A DNA stretch of 64,000 bases, taken from Gaiellaceae bacterium (lineage in GTDB: Bacteria; Actinomycetota; Thermoleophilia; Gaiellales; Gaiellaceae). The position numbers were made by a program, and so were the translations under genes. The stretch is from positions 23 to 64,022 of the forward strand of contig DASVEW010000032.1 in the NCBI GenBank assembly GCA_036380355.1, read 5' to 3'. Shown one piece after another: positions 54,048 through 64,000 of this stretch. Under the pieces are notes generated by a model. It did not search any database. It was not told the DNA's origin and worked only from the letters and a program-made list of their open reading frames with translations. How positions within the stretch are numbered: position 1 is the first letter of the stretch; the number at the start of each line of letters is the position of its first letter.

Positions 54048-55703
54048 GTGGCAGACGAGACTCTTCGCATCATCCCGCTCGGGGGCCTCGGCGAGGTCGG
54101 CAAGAACATGATGGTCTACGAGCTGGGCGACGAGATCGTGGTCGTCGACGCAGGCCTCGCCTTCCCGAGGGACGAGCACCTGGGCGTGGACCTCATCCTT
54201 CCGGACTTCGAGTACCTCGCCGAGCGGAAGGATCGCGTCCGGGCCGTGATCCTCACGCACTCCCACGAGGATCATGTGGGCGCTCTCCCGTACCTCCTGC
54301 GCGAGGTGCCGATCCCCGAGGTCTGGGGCACCCGCCTCACGCTGGGGCTGGCGCAGTCGCGGCTCGACGAGCACGGCCTGCTGAACGCCGTCGACCTCAA
54401 GGAGGCCCGGCCGGAGGAGGATTCCGTCCAGATCGGGCCGTTCCGCGTGAGCTTCGTCCGGGTCGCGCACTCCGTGCCCGATGCCGTCGCAATCGTGCTG
54501 GACACGCCCGCGGGCCGAGTGCTCCACACGGGCGACTGGAAGCTCGACCACACGCCCGTGGACGGCCTGCGCACAGACGTCGGCCGACTCGCGGTCCTCG
54601 GCAGCGAGGGGGTCGACCTGCTCCTCGGCGACTCGACGAACGCCGAGCGCCCGGGCGTCACCGGCTCCGAGCGTCTCGTCGGCGAGGCGTTCCAGCAGAT
54701 CATCCCGCGACTGCAGGGACGCGTCCTGATCGCGTGCTTCGCCTCGAACGTCCACCGGATGCAGCAGGCGATCGACGTCGCCGTCCAGATCGGGCGCAAG
54801 GTGGCCGTCGTCGGACGCTCGATGCGGAAGAACATGAACATCTCGCGGAACCTGGGCTACGTCGACGTGCCCGAGGAGACACTGATCCGGCCGAACGAGC
54901 TCGAGAACTACAGGCCGGAGGAGGTCCTGATCCTCTGCACCGGCAGCCAGGGCGAGCCGATGTCGGCCCTGACCCGTATCGCCTACAGCGACCATCCGGC
55001 GGTCTCCGTCGAGCGCGGCGACACGGTAATCCTCTCCGCGAAGCCGGTTCCCGGGAACGAGCTGCGCGTCCACGACACGATCAACCAGCTGGCGAAGATC
55101 GGCGCGGAGGTGCTGCACCAGGAGAACGCGCCGGTGCACGTGTCCGGCCACGGCCACGCAGAGGAGCTCCGGACGATGATCGGGCTCGTGCGACCGAGGG
55201 CCGTCATGCCCGTCCACGGCGAGTTCCGGATGCTCGCGGCGCACGGGCGGCTCGCGCAGGAGGGCGGTGTCCCAGCCGACTCGATCGTCCTCGCGGAGAA
55301 CGGCGCGGTGGTGGAGCTCACGAGGCGCGGCCCGAGGATCGTCGGCGAGATCGACTCGGGCGTCACCTTCGTCGACGGCCTCGGCGTGGGCGATGTCCGC
55401 GATGTCGCCCTGCGGGACCGCCGGACGCTCTCCGAGGACGGCGTGCTGATCGTCGTCGCGACGATCGGCGGCTCGAACGGCGCGCAGGCGATGCCCGAGC
55501 TGATCGCGCGCGGACTCACTGAGCCCGGGCCGCTCCTCGAGGAGACGCGCGAGGAGGCCAACCGCGTCCTCCGGGAGCTCCTGGGCCAGAACGTCCGGGA
55601 GATCAAGCTGCTCCAGGAGCACCTTCATGACGCAGTCGGGCAGCTGATTTACGACAGAACGGGGAGGCGGCCGATGATTCTCCCCGTCATAGTGGAAGTG
55701 TGA
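54048..55703 (+). CDS. rnj: ribonuclease J
   Basis: Contains IIPLGGLGEVGKNM, THSHEDHVGALPYLL and HVSGHG. Confidence 0.95.
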   Translation: MADETLRIIPLGGLGEVGKNMMVYELGDEIVVVDAGLAFPRDEHLGVDLILPDFEYLAERKDRVRAVILTHSHEDHVGALPYLLREVPIPEVWGTRLTLGLAQSRLDEHGLLNAVDLKEARPEEDSVQIGPFRVSFVRVAHSVPDAVAIVLDTPAGRVLHTGDWKLDHTPVDGLRTDVGRLAVLGSEGVDLLLGDSTNAERPGVTGSERLVGEAFQQIIPRLQGRVLIACFASNVHRMQQAIDVAVQIGRKVAVVGRSMRKNMNISRNLGYVDVPEETLIRPNELENYRPEEVLILCTGSQGEPMSALTRIAYSDHPAVSVERGDTVILSAKPVPGNELRVHDTINQLAKIGAEVLHQENAPVHVSGHGHAEELRTMIGLVRPRAVMPVHGEFRMLAAHGRLAQEGGVPADSIVLAENGAVVELTRRGPRIVGEIDSGVTFVDGLGVGDVRDVALRDRRTLSEDGVLIVVATIGGSNGAQAMPELIARGLTEPGPLLEETREEANRVLRELLGQNVREIKLLQEHLHDAVGQLIYDRTGRRPMILPVIVEV

Positions 55704-55842
55704 GCCTCGCTCACCTGACCGGCCCCGGCTCCCGCCGGGCGAAGCACACGGCCACGCCGGCGAAGCCGGCATGGCCTCTTCTCGGCATCGCAAGCGATGC
55801 CTCGGCCGGCTCCGCCGCGGCCTCCCGTCAGGAGACCGAGCA

Positions 55843-56403
55843 GTGAGCACACTGCGGACAGATCCCACGCCCGCCTGGGCCGAGGCGCTGTTCGACCGCG
55901 CGGCCGAGGAGGCCACGGCGCGACGCCTGATCGCCCAGCTCGCGGCCTGCGAGGTCGCGGCGCTGGCGTTCTGCCGGCTGCTCGAGCGGTGGGCGCGAGG
56001 CGAGGCCCAGCCGAGCACCGCCGGGAAGCGCCAGGCCGCGCTCAGGCGCGCCGCGGAGCGTGCGGAGACGGCCCTCGCGGGCCTGGAGCGGCCGCTCGGG
56101 CGCTACCTCCTGGAGCTCGAGCCCGAGCAGGCGGAGGGGCGCTCGTGGTACGGCGAGCCCGGCCCCGCCGAGCTGATGGAGTGGGGGCCGGTGCTCGGAC
56201 GCGCCGGCGTCTGCGTCGCCTCGCACCGGGTCGCCCAGGTCTACCTCGAGCTCGCGGTGCTGGTCCGGGCGCTGGAGGGGCTGACGACCGCCGTACGGAT
56301 GGACGCGCCGCCGGACCGCTCGTCGCTCTGGGCGGGCCTCTTCGATCTCCGCGAGAACCTGCTCGGCGGGACGCTCGAAGACCTGCGCGCGCTTGCGGCC
56401 TAG
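55843..56403 (+). CDS. hypothetical alpha-helical protein
   Basis: GTG 55843 after AGGAG. No recognisable motif. The strand choice over antisense ORF 55828..56523 rests on composition and on the overlap with the next gene's start. Confidence 0.45.
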   Translation: MSTLRTDPTPAWAEALFDRAAEEATARRLIAQLAACEVAALAFCRLLERWARGEAQPSTAGKRQAALRRAAERAETALAGLERPLGRYLLELEPEQAEGRSWYGEPGPAELMEWGPVLGRAGVCVASHRVAQVYLELAVLVRALEGLTTAVRMDAPPDRSSLWAGLFDLRENLLGGTLEDLRALAA

Positions 56404-57205
56404 CCTCATCGTCGTCGGGTCGGTCAACCTCGACCTGGCAGCGAGAATGGAGCGTCTCCCGCGGCCCGGGGAGACGGTGACCGGCGCCGCGCTCGTGCGC
56501 TCACCGGGCGGCAAGGGCGCCAACCAGGCGGTTGCTGCGGCGCGACTCGGGGCGGACGTGTCGTTTTACGGCGCGGTCGGGGAGGACGAGTTCGCCGAGC
56601 AGGCGCTCGCCGGTCTCAGGGAGGCCGGTGTCGACCTCCACGTCGAGCGCCGCGGACAGACGGGGATCGCCATGATCGCCGTCGATGCGCAGGGCGAGAA
56701 CCAGATCGTCGTCGTCCCGGGGGCGAACGCCACCGTCGACGCGGTCGCGCGGGGGAACGTTCTCTGCCAGCTCGAGATCCCGCTCGAGACCGTCGAGGCG
56801 AACGCCCGCTCCGCGGACTTCTTCTGCCTGAACGCGGCGCCGGCGAAGCCCGTGCCTCCCGGGCTCCTCGACCTCGTCAGCGTGGTCGTCGTGAACCGGT
56901 ACGAGCTGGAAGCGCTCGGGACGGAGCCTCCCGGCCTGGTCGCCCTGACGCTCGGGCCGGAGGGTGCCGTGCTCCTCGAGGGCGGGAGGGAGGTCGCCCG
57001 GGCCGCGCCGCCGCGGGTCGAGGCCGTCGACGGGACCGGCGCCGGCGATGCGTTCACCGCCTGCCTGGTCGTCTCGCACCTCGAAGGCCGCGACTGGGTA
57101 GAGGCGCTGCGCCGCGCGTGTGCGGCCGGCGCCCTGGCCGCCTCCCGGTTCGGCGCCCAGCCGTCGCTCCCGACTGCCGCGGAGGTGGACGAGATCCTTG
57201 GCTGA
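56393..57205 (+). CDS. rbsK: ribokinase (PfkB family)
   Basis: Contains VVGSVNLDL, GGKGANQAVAAARLG and GTGAGDAFTA. Confidence 0.85.
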   Translation: MRPSLIVVGSVNLDLAARMERLPRPGETVTGAALVRSPGGKGANQAVAAARLGADVSFYGAVGEDEFAEQALAGLREAGVDLHVERRGQTGIAMIAVDAQGENQIVVVPGANATVDAVARGNVLCQLEIPLETVEANARSADFFCLNAAPAKPVPPGLLDLVSVVVVNRYELEALGTEPPGLVALTLGPEGAVLLEGGREVARAAPPRVEAVDGTGAGDAFTACLVVSHLEGRDWVEALRRACAAGALAASRFGAQPSLPTAAEVDEILG

Positions 57206-58109
57206 GCGCCTTCTCGTCGACTGCGATCCCGGGCACGACGACGCCATCGCACTCCTCCTGGCGCTCGCAAGCCGCGAGGTCGAGCTGCTCGGCGTCACGA
57301 CGGTCGCGGGAAACCAGACGCTCGAGAAGACGACGGCCAACGCTCTTCGCATCCTCGAGTTCGCCGGCCGGACCGACGTGCCCGTCGCCGCGGGCGCGAA
57401 CCGGCCGCTCCTCCGCGAGCCGTTCGTCGCCCGGCACGTCCACGGCGAGACGGGGCTCGACGGCCCGGACCTGCCGCCGGCGGAGGGGAGCCCGGTCGAC
57501 GAGCACGCGGTCGACTTCCTCGGCCGGCACGCGGACGGGGCAACCCTTGTCCCGGTCGGCCCGCTGACGAACGTCGCCCTCATGCTCGCCCGCTACCCGG
57601 AAGTGCGGCCGGAGCGGATCGTGCTGATGGGCGGCTCGATCGGCGTCGGCAACATCACACCGGCGGCCGAGTTCAACATCTGGGCCGACCCGGAGGCGGC
57701 CGCGCGCGTGTTCCAGAGCGGCATCGACGTCACGATGATCGGCCTCGACGTGACGCACGAGGCCCTGATGACCCAGGCCGACGCGGACCGCCTGCGGAAG
57801 ACCGGTCGCACCGGCACGCTCGTCGCGGAGCTGTGGGACTTCTACAACCGCTTCCACCGGCAGACCTACGGCTTCGACGGCTCGCCGATCCACGACGCCG
57901 TCGCGCTCGCGCACGTCTTCCGGCCCGACCTCGTCGAGACCGCGCACCGCCATGTCGCGATCGACTGCGACTCCGAGCTCTGCCGCGGCCGCACCGTGGT
58001 CGATCTCTGGCAGCGCACCGGCGAGGAGCCGAACGCCCACGTGGGAGTCGGGATCGACGGCCGCGCGTTCGTCGAGCTCCTCATCGAACGCCTGCCGACC
58101 CTCGACTGA
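57198..58109 (+). CDS. nucleoside hydrolase (IUNH family)
   Basis: TTG 57198. DCDPGHDDAIALLLA signature and VHGETGLDG. Confidence 0.85.
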   Translation: MAERLLVDCDPGHDDAIALLLALASREVELLGVTTVAGNQTLEKTTANALRILEFAGRTDVPVAAGANRPLLREPFVARHVHGETGLDGPDLPPAEGSPVDEHAVDFLGRHADGATLVPVGPLTNVALMLARYPEVRPERIVLMGGSIGVGNITPAAEFNIWADPEAAARVFQSGIDVTMIGLDVTHEALMTQADADRLRKTGRTGTLVAELWDFYNRFHRQTYGFDGSPIHDAVALAHVFRPDLVETAHRHVAIDCDSELCRGRTVVDLWQRTGEEPNAHVGVGIDGRAFVELLIERLPTLD

Positions 58110-58310
58110 CAGCGTCCCGACGGGCGCCTGGGGTCAGACCCGGGGCCGCCCGCGGCTCGGCCAGACCGCTCGCCGGGTCGCGTGGGGTCAGACCCCTTGA
58201 GTGTCGGCGTGTCAACCGTCCAGCTCGGGCTGCTCCAGAACGGCCACGTCACCACAGACCGCCCGCCGGTGCAGGTAGGGGACGCCGTCCGCGCGTCGAA
58301 GCACGCCCGC

Positions 58311-60494
58311 ATGGCGAAGCGCCGCAAGAAGCGCACCCTGAGACCGCGCGTGCCGTCCCGCGTCAAGCGACGCAAGCGCGCGGCGAAGGAGCGCAGCCAT
58401 CACCACCCCGAGCTGATCGGGCTCGGCCTCGCAGCCGTCGGGCTCTTCCTCTCGACCCTCGTCTACCTGGGGTGGGAGGGAGGGACGGCCGGCGGCTGGA
58501 TCGTCGACGGCCTCTGGGCTGTCGTCGGGGACGCGGGCCACCTGCTGCCCGCGGCGCTCGTCGTCGTCGGCTCCCTGATGCTCGGCAGGAGCCGCATTGT
58601 CAGCGTCCATCCCTTCCGCTGGGGCCTCGCCTCGACCGCGCTGGGCGTCTTCCTGCTCCTCGCCGACTCCGGGGGGTACGTCGGAACGGGCCTCGACGAG
58701 GTCGTCGGCACGCTCCTCGGCCGGACCGGAGCGGTGATCGCCGGCACCGCCTTCTCCCTCGCCGGCGTCCTGCTCCTCTCCGGTGCTTCCGTCGGCGCGC
58801 TCGTGCAGCGCTCGGGCGGCGCCGTCAGGCGGGCCCACACGGCCGCGAGGCAGCGGGCGGAGCGCCGCTCGGTGCTGGACGACGAGCCTTTGACGCCGCC
58901 GATCCCGCTGCGGCCGCGCGACGTCCACCCGCCCGTCGACGGCGTGTCGGACTTCCCCGACGTCGTCGGCGAGGGCGGGCCGCCGCCGCTCATGACGCTG
59001 AGCGACGAGGAGCCGACGGAGGAGAGCGAGCAGCAGGTGCTCTTCCAGCCGCCGACCCCGGCGAAGACCGACTATGTGCTCCCCGAGCCCTCACTCCTCA
59101 GGCGCGCGACGGCCCGGCCGGCCGGGAAGAGCGACAACGGCAAGGTGGCCGAGTCCCTGACGCGTGCCCTCGCCGACTTCGGCGTGGATGCGCGGGTCGT
59201 CGGCGAGATCACCGGCCCCCGGGTCACCCGCTACGAGCTCCAGCTCGCCGCCGGCACGAAGATGTCGAAGGTCTCGGCGCTCAAGGACGACCTCTCCTAT
59301 GCGCTCGCCACGACGGAGATCCGCATCCTCGCGCCGATCCCGGGCAAGCAGGCGGTCGGCGTCGAGGTCCCCAACCTCTCCCCGAACCTCGTCACGCTCG
59401 GCGACGTCTTCGACCAGCTGCCCGCGACGGCGAGCCCGCTCTCGGTGTGGCTCGGCAAGGACATCTCGGGCAACGCCGTCTGGACCGACCTCGCCCGCAT
59501 GCCGCACCTGCTCATCGCCGGAACCACCGGCTCGGGCAAGTCCGGCTGCATCAACACGATCCTCACGTCGGTCCTTCTGCGGGCGACCCCCGACGACGCC
59601 CGCCTGATCCTGATCGACCCGAAGCGGATCGAGCTCTCGCTCTACGAGTCGATCCCGCACCTGCTCACGCCTGTCGTCTCCAGCCCGAAGGAGGCGTCGA
59701 TCGTCCTCACGAACGTGCTCGCCGAGATGGAGCGCCGCTACGAGCGCCTCTCCAGCGTCCGCGCCAGGAACCTCCCCGAGGCGAACCGCGCCTTCCGCCA
59801 GCGCGGGGACGAGACCCTTCCGTACCTGCTGGTCGTCATCGACGAGCTGGCCGACCTGATGATGATCTCGCCGCAGCAGGTCGAGGACGCCGTGATCCGC
59901 CTCGCGCAGAAGTCGCGCGCGGTCGGCATCCACCTCGTGCTCGCGACGCAGCGGCCGTCGGTGGACGTCATCACCGGGATGATCAAGGCGAACGTGCCCT
60001 CCCGGATCGCGTTCGCGGTCTCGAGCCAGACCGACTCGCGCGTGATCCTCGACCAGGCCGGCGCCGAGAGCCTGCTCGGCCAGGGCGACATGCTCTTCAA
60101 GCCGCTCGGAACCTCACGGCTCCAGCGCGTCCAGGGCGCCTACGTGACCGAGGAGGAGATCGCCCTCCTCGTCGAGCAGTGCCGCAGCCAGCGCGGTCAG
60201 GAGCTCGACGAGTCGCTGCTCGAGGCCCCGGAGGTGCCGCCAGAGGAGCTCGGGGAGGGGGACGAGGACTTCGACCCCGACCAGGACCCGCTCCTCGAGC
60301 GCGCGATCGAGATCGTCGTCCAGACGCAGACGGCCTCCGTCTCCCTGCTTCAGCGGCGCCTGCGCGTCGGCTACACCCGGGCCGGCCGCCTGATCGACAT
60401 GCTCGAGCGCCGCGGAATCATCTCCGGCTACGAGGGGTCGAAGCCGAGGCGTGTGCTCGTCGACGAGCATGCGCTCGACCGGGTGCACTCGTAG
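58311..60494 (+). CDS. ftsK: DNA translocase FtsK/SpoIIIE
   Basis: Start trimmed to ATG 58311 (MAKRRKKR...). Four TMs. Walker A GTTGSGKS, Walker B LLVVIDELADL. C-terminal gamma wHTH (SVSLLQRRLRVGYTRAGRLIDMLE). Confidence 0.9.
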   Translation: MAKRRKKRTLRPRVPSRVKRRKRAAKERSHHHPELIGLGLAAVGLFLSTLVYLGWEGGTAGGWIVDGLWAVVGDAGHLLPAALVVVGSLMLGRSRIVSVHPFRWGLASTALGVFLLLADSGGYVGTGLDEVVGTLLGRTGAVIAGTAFSLAGVLLLSGASVGALVQRSGGAVRRAHTAARQRAERRSVLDDEPLTPPIPLRPRDVHPPVDGVSDFPDVVGEGGPPPLMTLSDEEPTEESEQQVLFQPPTPAKTDYVLPEPSLLRRATARPAGKSDNGKVAESLTRALADFGVDARVVGEITGPRVTRYELQLAAGTKMSKVSALKDDLSYALATTEIRILAPIPGKQAVGVEVPNLSPNLVTLGDVFDQLPATASPLSVWLGKDISGNAVWTDLARMPHLLIAGTTGSGKSGCINTILTSVLLRATPDDARLILIDPKRIELSLYESIPHLLTPVVSSPKEASIVLTNVLAEMERRYERLSSVRARNLPEANRAFRQRGDETLPYLLVVIDELADLMMISPQQVEDAVIRLAQKSRAVGIHLVLATQRPSVDVITGMIKANVPSRIAFAVSSQTDSRVILDQAGAESLLGQGDMLFKPLGTSRLQRVQGAYVTEEEIALLVEQCRSQRGQELDESLLEAPEVPPEELGEGDEDFDPDQDPLLERAIEIVVQTQTASVSLLQRRLRVGYTRAGRLIDMLERRGIISGYEGSKPRRVLVDEHALDRVHS

Positions 60495-60605
60495 CCCATA
60501 TCTATCGAAACCGACTTGGAACTTCACTAACCTCCCTTTAGGATCAGCGTCGAAGTCAAAGGCAGACAGGGGTCTGTCTTTGAACCTGTACTTAGGGGAG
60601 GTTTT

Positions 60606-61628
60606 ATGAGAGCACGAAGGCTCATCCCGCTTGCGATCGTCGCTGTTGCTGCGATCGTCGTCGCTGCGGCAGCGGGGCTCGCGTCCAGCGGGTCGAGCGA
60701 CGCTGCGCCAAAGGTCTACAAGGTCGGCCTGGTCAGCGACGTCGGTCGCTTCAACGACCGGTCGTTCAACCAGTCCGCGCTCGAGGGTCTTCGGCGCGCC
60801 CAGCGCGTCCTGAAGGTTCAGGGCCGCGCGGTCGAGTCGCGCCAGACGAGCGACTACATCCCGAACCTCTCGGCGCTCGCACGTCAGCGCTACGACGCCA
60901 CGATCTCGGTCGGTTTCCTGCTCGCCGAGGCGACGAACACCGTCGCCACGCGCTTCCGGAACTCGAAGTTCGCGATCATCGACTACTCCGTCGCGGCAGC
61001 GCCGTTCAAGAAGAACCGGAACGTGGTGGGCCTGGTCTTCGCGACCAACGAGAACAGCTACATGATCGGCTGCCTCTCGGCCCTGATGGCGAACCAGCGT
61101 GGACGCAGGATCATCAGCGCGGTCGGCGGCATCAAGCTCCCGACGGTGGACATCTTCATCGCCGGGTACCGGGCCGGCGCCCGTCGCTGCGTCCCCGGGA
61201 CGCAGGTCCTGATCGGCTACTCGCAGGACTTCGTCGCGCAGGACAAGTGCAAGGAGGTCGCGCTGAACCAGATCGCCCAGGGCTCGCAGGTCGTGTTCCA
61301 GGTCGCCGGTGGCTGTGGCCTCGGCGCGCTCGACGCGGCCAAGGAGCGGGGCGTGTGGGGTCTGGGCGTCGACAAGGACCAGAAGGTCCTCGGGGCTCAC
61401 ATCCTCACGAGTGCGGTCAAGCGGGTGGACACGTCGGTCTACCTGACCGCGAAGGCCGTCAAGGAGGGCAAGTTCCGCGGTGGCCGCGACCTGAACTTCA
61501 ACCTGAGGAACGGTGGCGTGGCTGTCGGCCGGATCGACCGGCGCGTACCGCGCGCCTTCATCCGGCGGATGAACAACCTGAAGCCGCTGATCATGAGCGG
61601 CCGCATCAAGCCGCCGAAGAAGCTCTAG
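60606..61628 (+). CDS. BMP-family (PnrA-like) ABC substrate-binding protein, paralog 1 (no lipobox Cys)
   Basis: Contains VGLVSDVGRFNDRSFNQSA and GGIKLPTVDIFIAGY. N-terminal TM/signal without Cys. Confidence 0.85.
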   Translation: MRARRLIPLAIVAVAAIVVAAAAGLASSGSSDAAPKVYKVGLVSDVGRFNDRSFNQSALEGLRRAQRVLKVQGRAVESRQTSDYIPNLSALARQRYDATISVGFLLAEATNTVATRFRNSKFAIIDYSVAAAPFKKNRNVVGLVFATNENSYMIGCLSALMANQRGRRIISAVGGIKLPTVDIFIAGYRAGARRCVPGTQVLIGYSQDFVAQDKCKEVALNQIAQGSQVVFQVAGGCGLGALDAAKERGVWGLGVDKDQKVLGAHILTSAVKRVDTSVYLTAKAVKEGKFRGGRDLNFNLRNGGVAVGRIDRRVPRAFIRRMNNLKPLIMSGRIKPPKKL

Positions 61629-61645
61629 GCGCATCCTCGGACTCA

Positions 61646-61677
61646 CGAAGGGGCGGGCAGTTGGGCCCGCCCCTTCG
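61646..61677 (+). terminator. 13-bp perfect GC hairpin between the two BMP genes
   Basis: CGAAGGGGCGGGC-AGTTGG-GCCCGCCCCTTCG. No U tract. Confidence 0.5.
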
Positions 61678-61723
61678 CGGTCCACGCCGATAGCATCGCC
61701 CCGAGCAACAAAAGGGGGCAAAG

Positions 61724-62773
61724 GTGCGCAAGACGCAATGGCTCGCGGCGTTCCTCGCCTGCGGGCTCCTCGCTGTCGGTTTCGCCTGCGGCGGAGACGA
61801 CGACGACGGTGAGGAAGCCGGAGGAGCGACCACGGCCGAGACAACGGCCGGCGAGCCGATCAATGTCGGTCTCGTCAGCGACGTCGGTCGCTTCAACGAC
61901 CGCTCGTTCAACCAGTCCGCGCTCGAGGGCCTGCAGCGCGCGGAGGAAGAGCTCGGAGTCACAGGCCGGCCCGTCGAGTCGAGACAGACGAGCGACTACG
62001 TGCCCAATCTGTCGACCCTCCCGAGGGACGGCTTCGAGCTCACGATCGGCGTCGGGTTCCTGCTCGCGGAGGCGCTCAACACGGCCTCGAAGCGGTTCCC
62101 GGACTCCAACTTCGCGATCATCGACTACTCCGTGAACGCAGAGCCGTTCGCGAAGAACCCGAACGTGCAGGGCCTGACGTTCGCGACGAACGAGAACAGC
62201 TACATGATCGGTTGCCTGGCCGCGCTGATGGTCGAGCGGCAGGGCGGCCAGCAGGTGATCAGCGCGGTGGGCGGGATCAAGCTGCCGACCGTCGACATCT
62301 TCATCGCCGGCTACCAGGCGGGCGCGAAGCAGTGCAACCCGGGCATCAGGGTCCTGATCGGCTACTCCCAGGACTTCGTCGCCCAGGACAAGTGCAAGGA
62401 GGTCGCGCTCAACCAGATCGCACGCGGCTCGCAGGTGATCTTCCAGGTCGCCGGCGGGTGCGGCCTCGGCGCCCTCGACGCGGCGCAGGAGCGGGACAGG
62501 TGGGGCATCGGCGTCGACCGCGACCAGTCGAGCCTGGGGCCGCACATCCTCACGAGCGCGGTCAAGCGCGTCGACCAGTCCGTGTTCCTCACGGCGCAAG
62601 CCGTTCAGGAGGGCGAGTTCCAGGGTGGGACCGACGCGACGTTCGACCTCGAGAACGAGGGCGTCGCGATCGGGAAGATCAGCCCGGACGTGCCGCAAGA
62701 GTTCATCGACCGGATGAACGAGATCAGGGACCAGCTGATCTCCGGAGAGCTCGAGGCGCCCGCGACGCTGTAG
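61724..62773 (+). CDS. BMP-family (PnrA-like) ABC substrate-binding lipoprotein, paralog 2
   Basis: GTG 61724 after AAGGGGG. Lipobox LAVGFAC. About 70% identical to paralog 1 by eye. Confidence 0.85.
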   Translation: MRKTQWLAAFLACGLLAVGFACGGDDDDGEEAGGATTAETTAGEPINVGLVSDVGRFNDRSFNQSALEGLQRAEEELGVTGRPVESRQTSDYVPNLSTLPRDGFELTIGVGFLLAEALNTASKRFPDSNFAIIDYSVNAEPFAKNPNVQGLTFATNENSYMIGCLAALMVERQGGQQVISAVGGIKLPTVDIFIAGYQAGAKQCNPGIRVLIGYSQDFVAQDKCKEVALNQIARGSQVIFQVAGGCGLGALDAAQERDRWGIGVDRDQSSLGPHILTSAVKRVDQSVFLTAQAVQEGEFQGGTDATFDLENEGVAIGKISPDVPQEFIDRMNEIRDQLISGELEAPATL

Positions 62774-62829
62774 AGCGCCAAACAGGTCCTCGTTTCTAGG
62801 GAGCCGTCGCCGCCATAGAATCGCCCGGA

Positions 62830-64000
<1,171 letters not shown>

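Noticed and set aside
60527-60605. Anti-SD AACCTCCC (60529-36) pairing with the SD GGGAGGTT before ATG 60606: riboswitch-like SD sequestration
   Set aside because: The best promoter fit (TTGGAA, 17-nt spacer, TAGGAT) puts the anti-SD inside the promoter spacer, upstream of the transcript. I could not match any known riboswitch core.

Overview
Very GC-rich bacterial chromosomal segment (about 70% GC by eye, not computed). Genes are densely packed and mostly on the + strand. The core synteny is actinobacterial in type, in this order: (1) pyrR-pyrB-pyrC-carA-carB-pyrK-pyrD; (2) mihF-gmk-rpoZ-coaBC; (3) moxR-DUF58-transglutaminase; (4) rimP-nusA-ylxR-infB-DUF503-rbfA-nrnA-truB-ribF; (5) rpsO-pnp-M16 peptidase-dapB, then dapA, rnj and ftsK; (6) a BMP/ABC nucleoside-type uptake locus running off the 3' end. 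The 5' third carries tRNA-Gly(CCC), tRNA-Arg(CCG), corA, an MFS transporter, small enzymes, a striking poly-proline protein, a DUF1611/epimerase pair and two tandem M29 aminopeptidases. I saw no rRNA, CRISPR array, transposase, integrase or phage genes. All long antisense ORFs in the track look like GC-rich shadow frames. Observations I rank highest: (1) A MerB-like (alkylmercury-lyase family) gene has an in-frame TGA at the catalytic-Cys position, followed at canonical spacing by a hairpin closely resembling the E. coli fdhF SECIS. This is a candidate selenoprotein, complicated by a downstream 1-nt frameshift. (2) Two 162-bp, about 89% identical long-palindrome elements fill intercistronic gaps. 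Each keeps a 54-codon open frame whose ends overlap the neighbouring stop and start codons (MIRU-like coupling), and each base-pairs with the downstream SD. (3) A family of AT-rich 21-bp palindromes (AAGTAACA-N3-TGTTACTT) occurs twice at the MerB-like promoter and once inside coaBC. (4) A textbook double LexA-box promoter drives a tiny TM+LysM protein (YneA/ChiZ-type SOS division inhibitor). (5) Several single-base homopolymer indels break otherwise recognisable genes. These suggest assembly errors or decay. All homology calls rest on motif recognition by eye. No searches were run.
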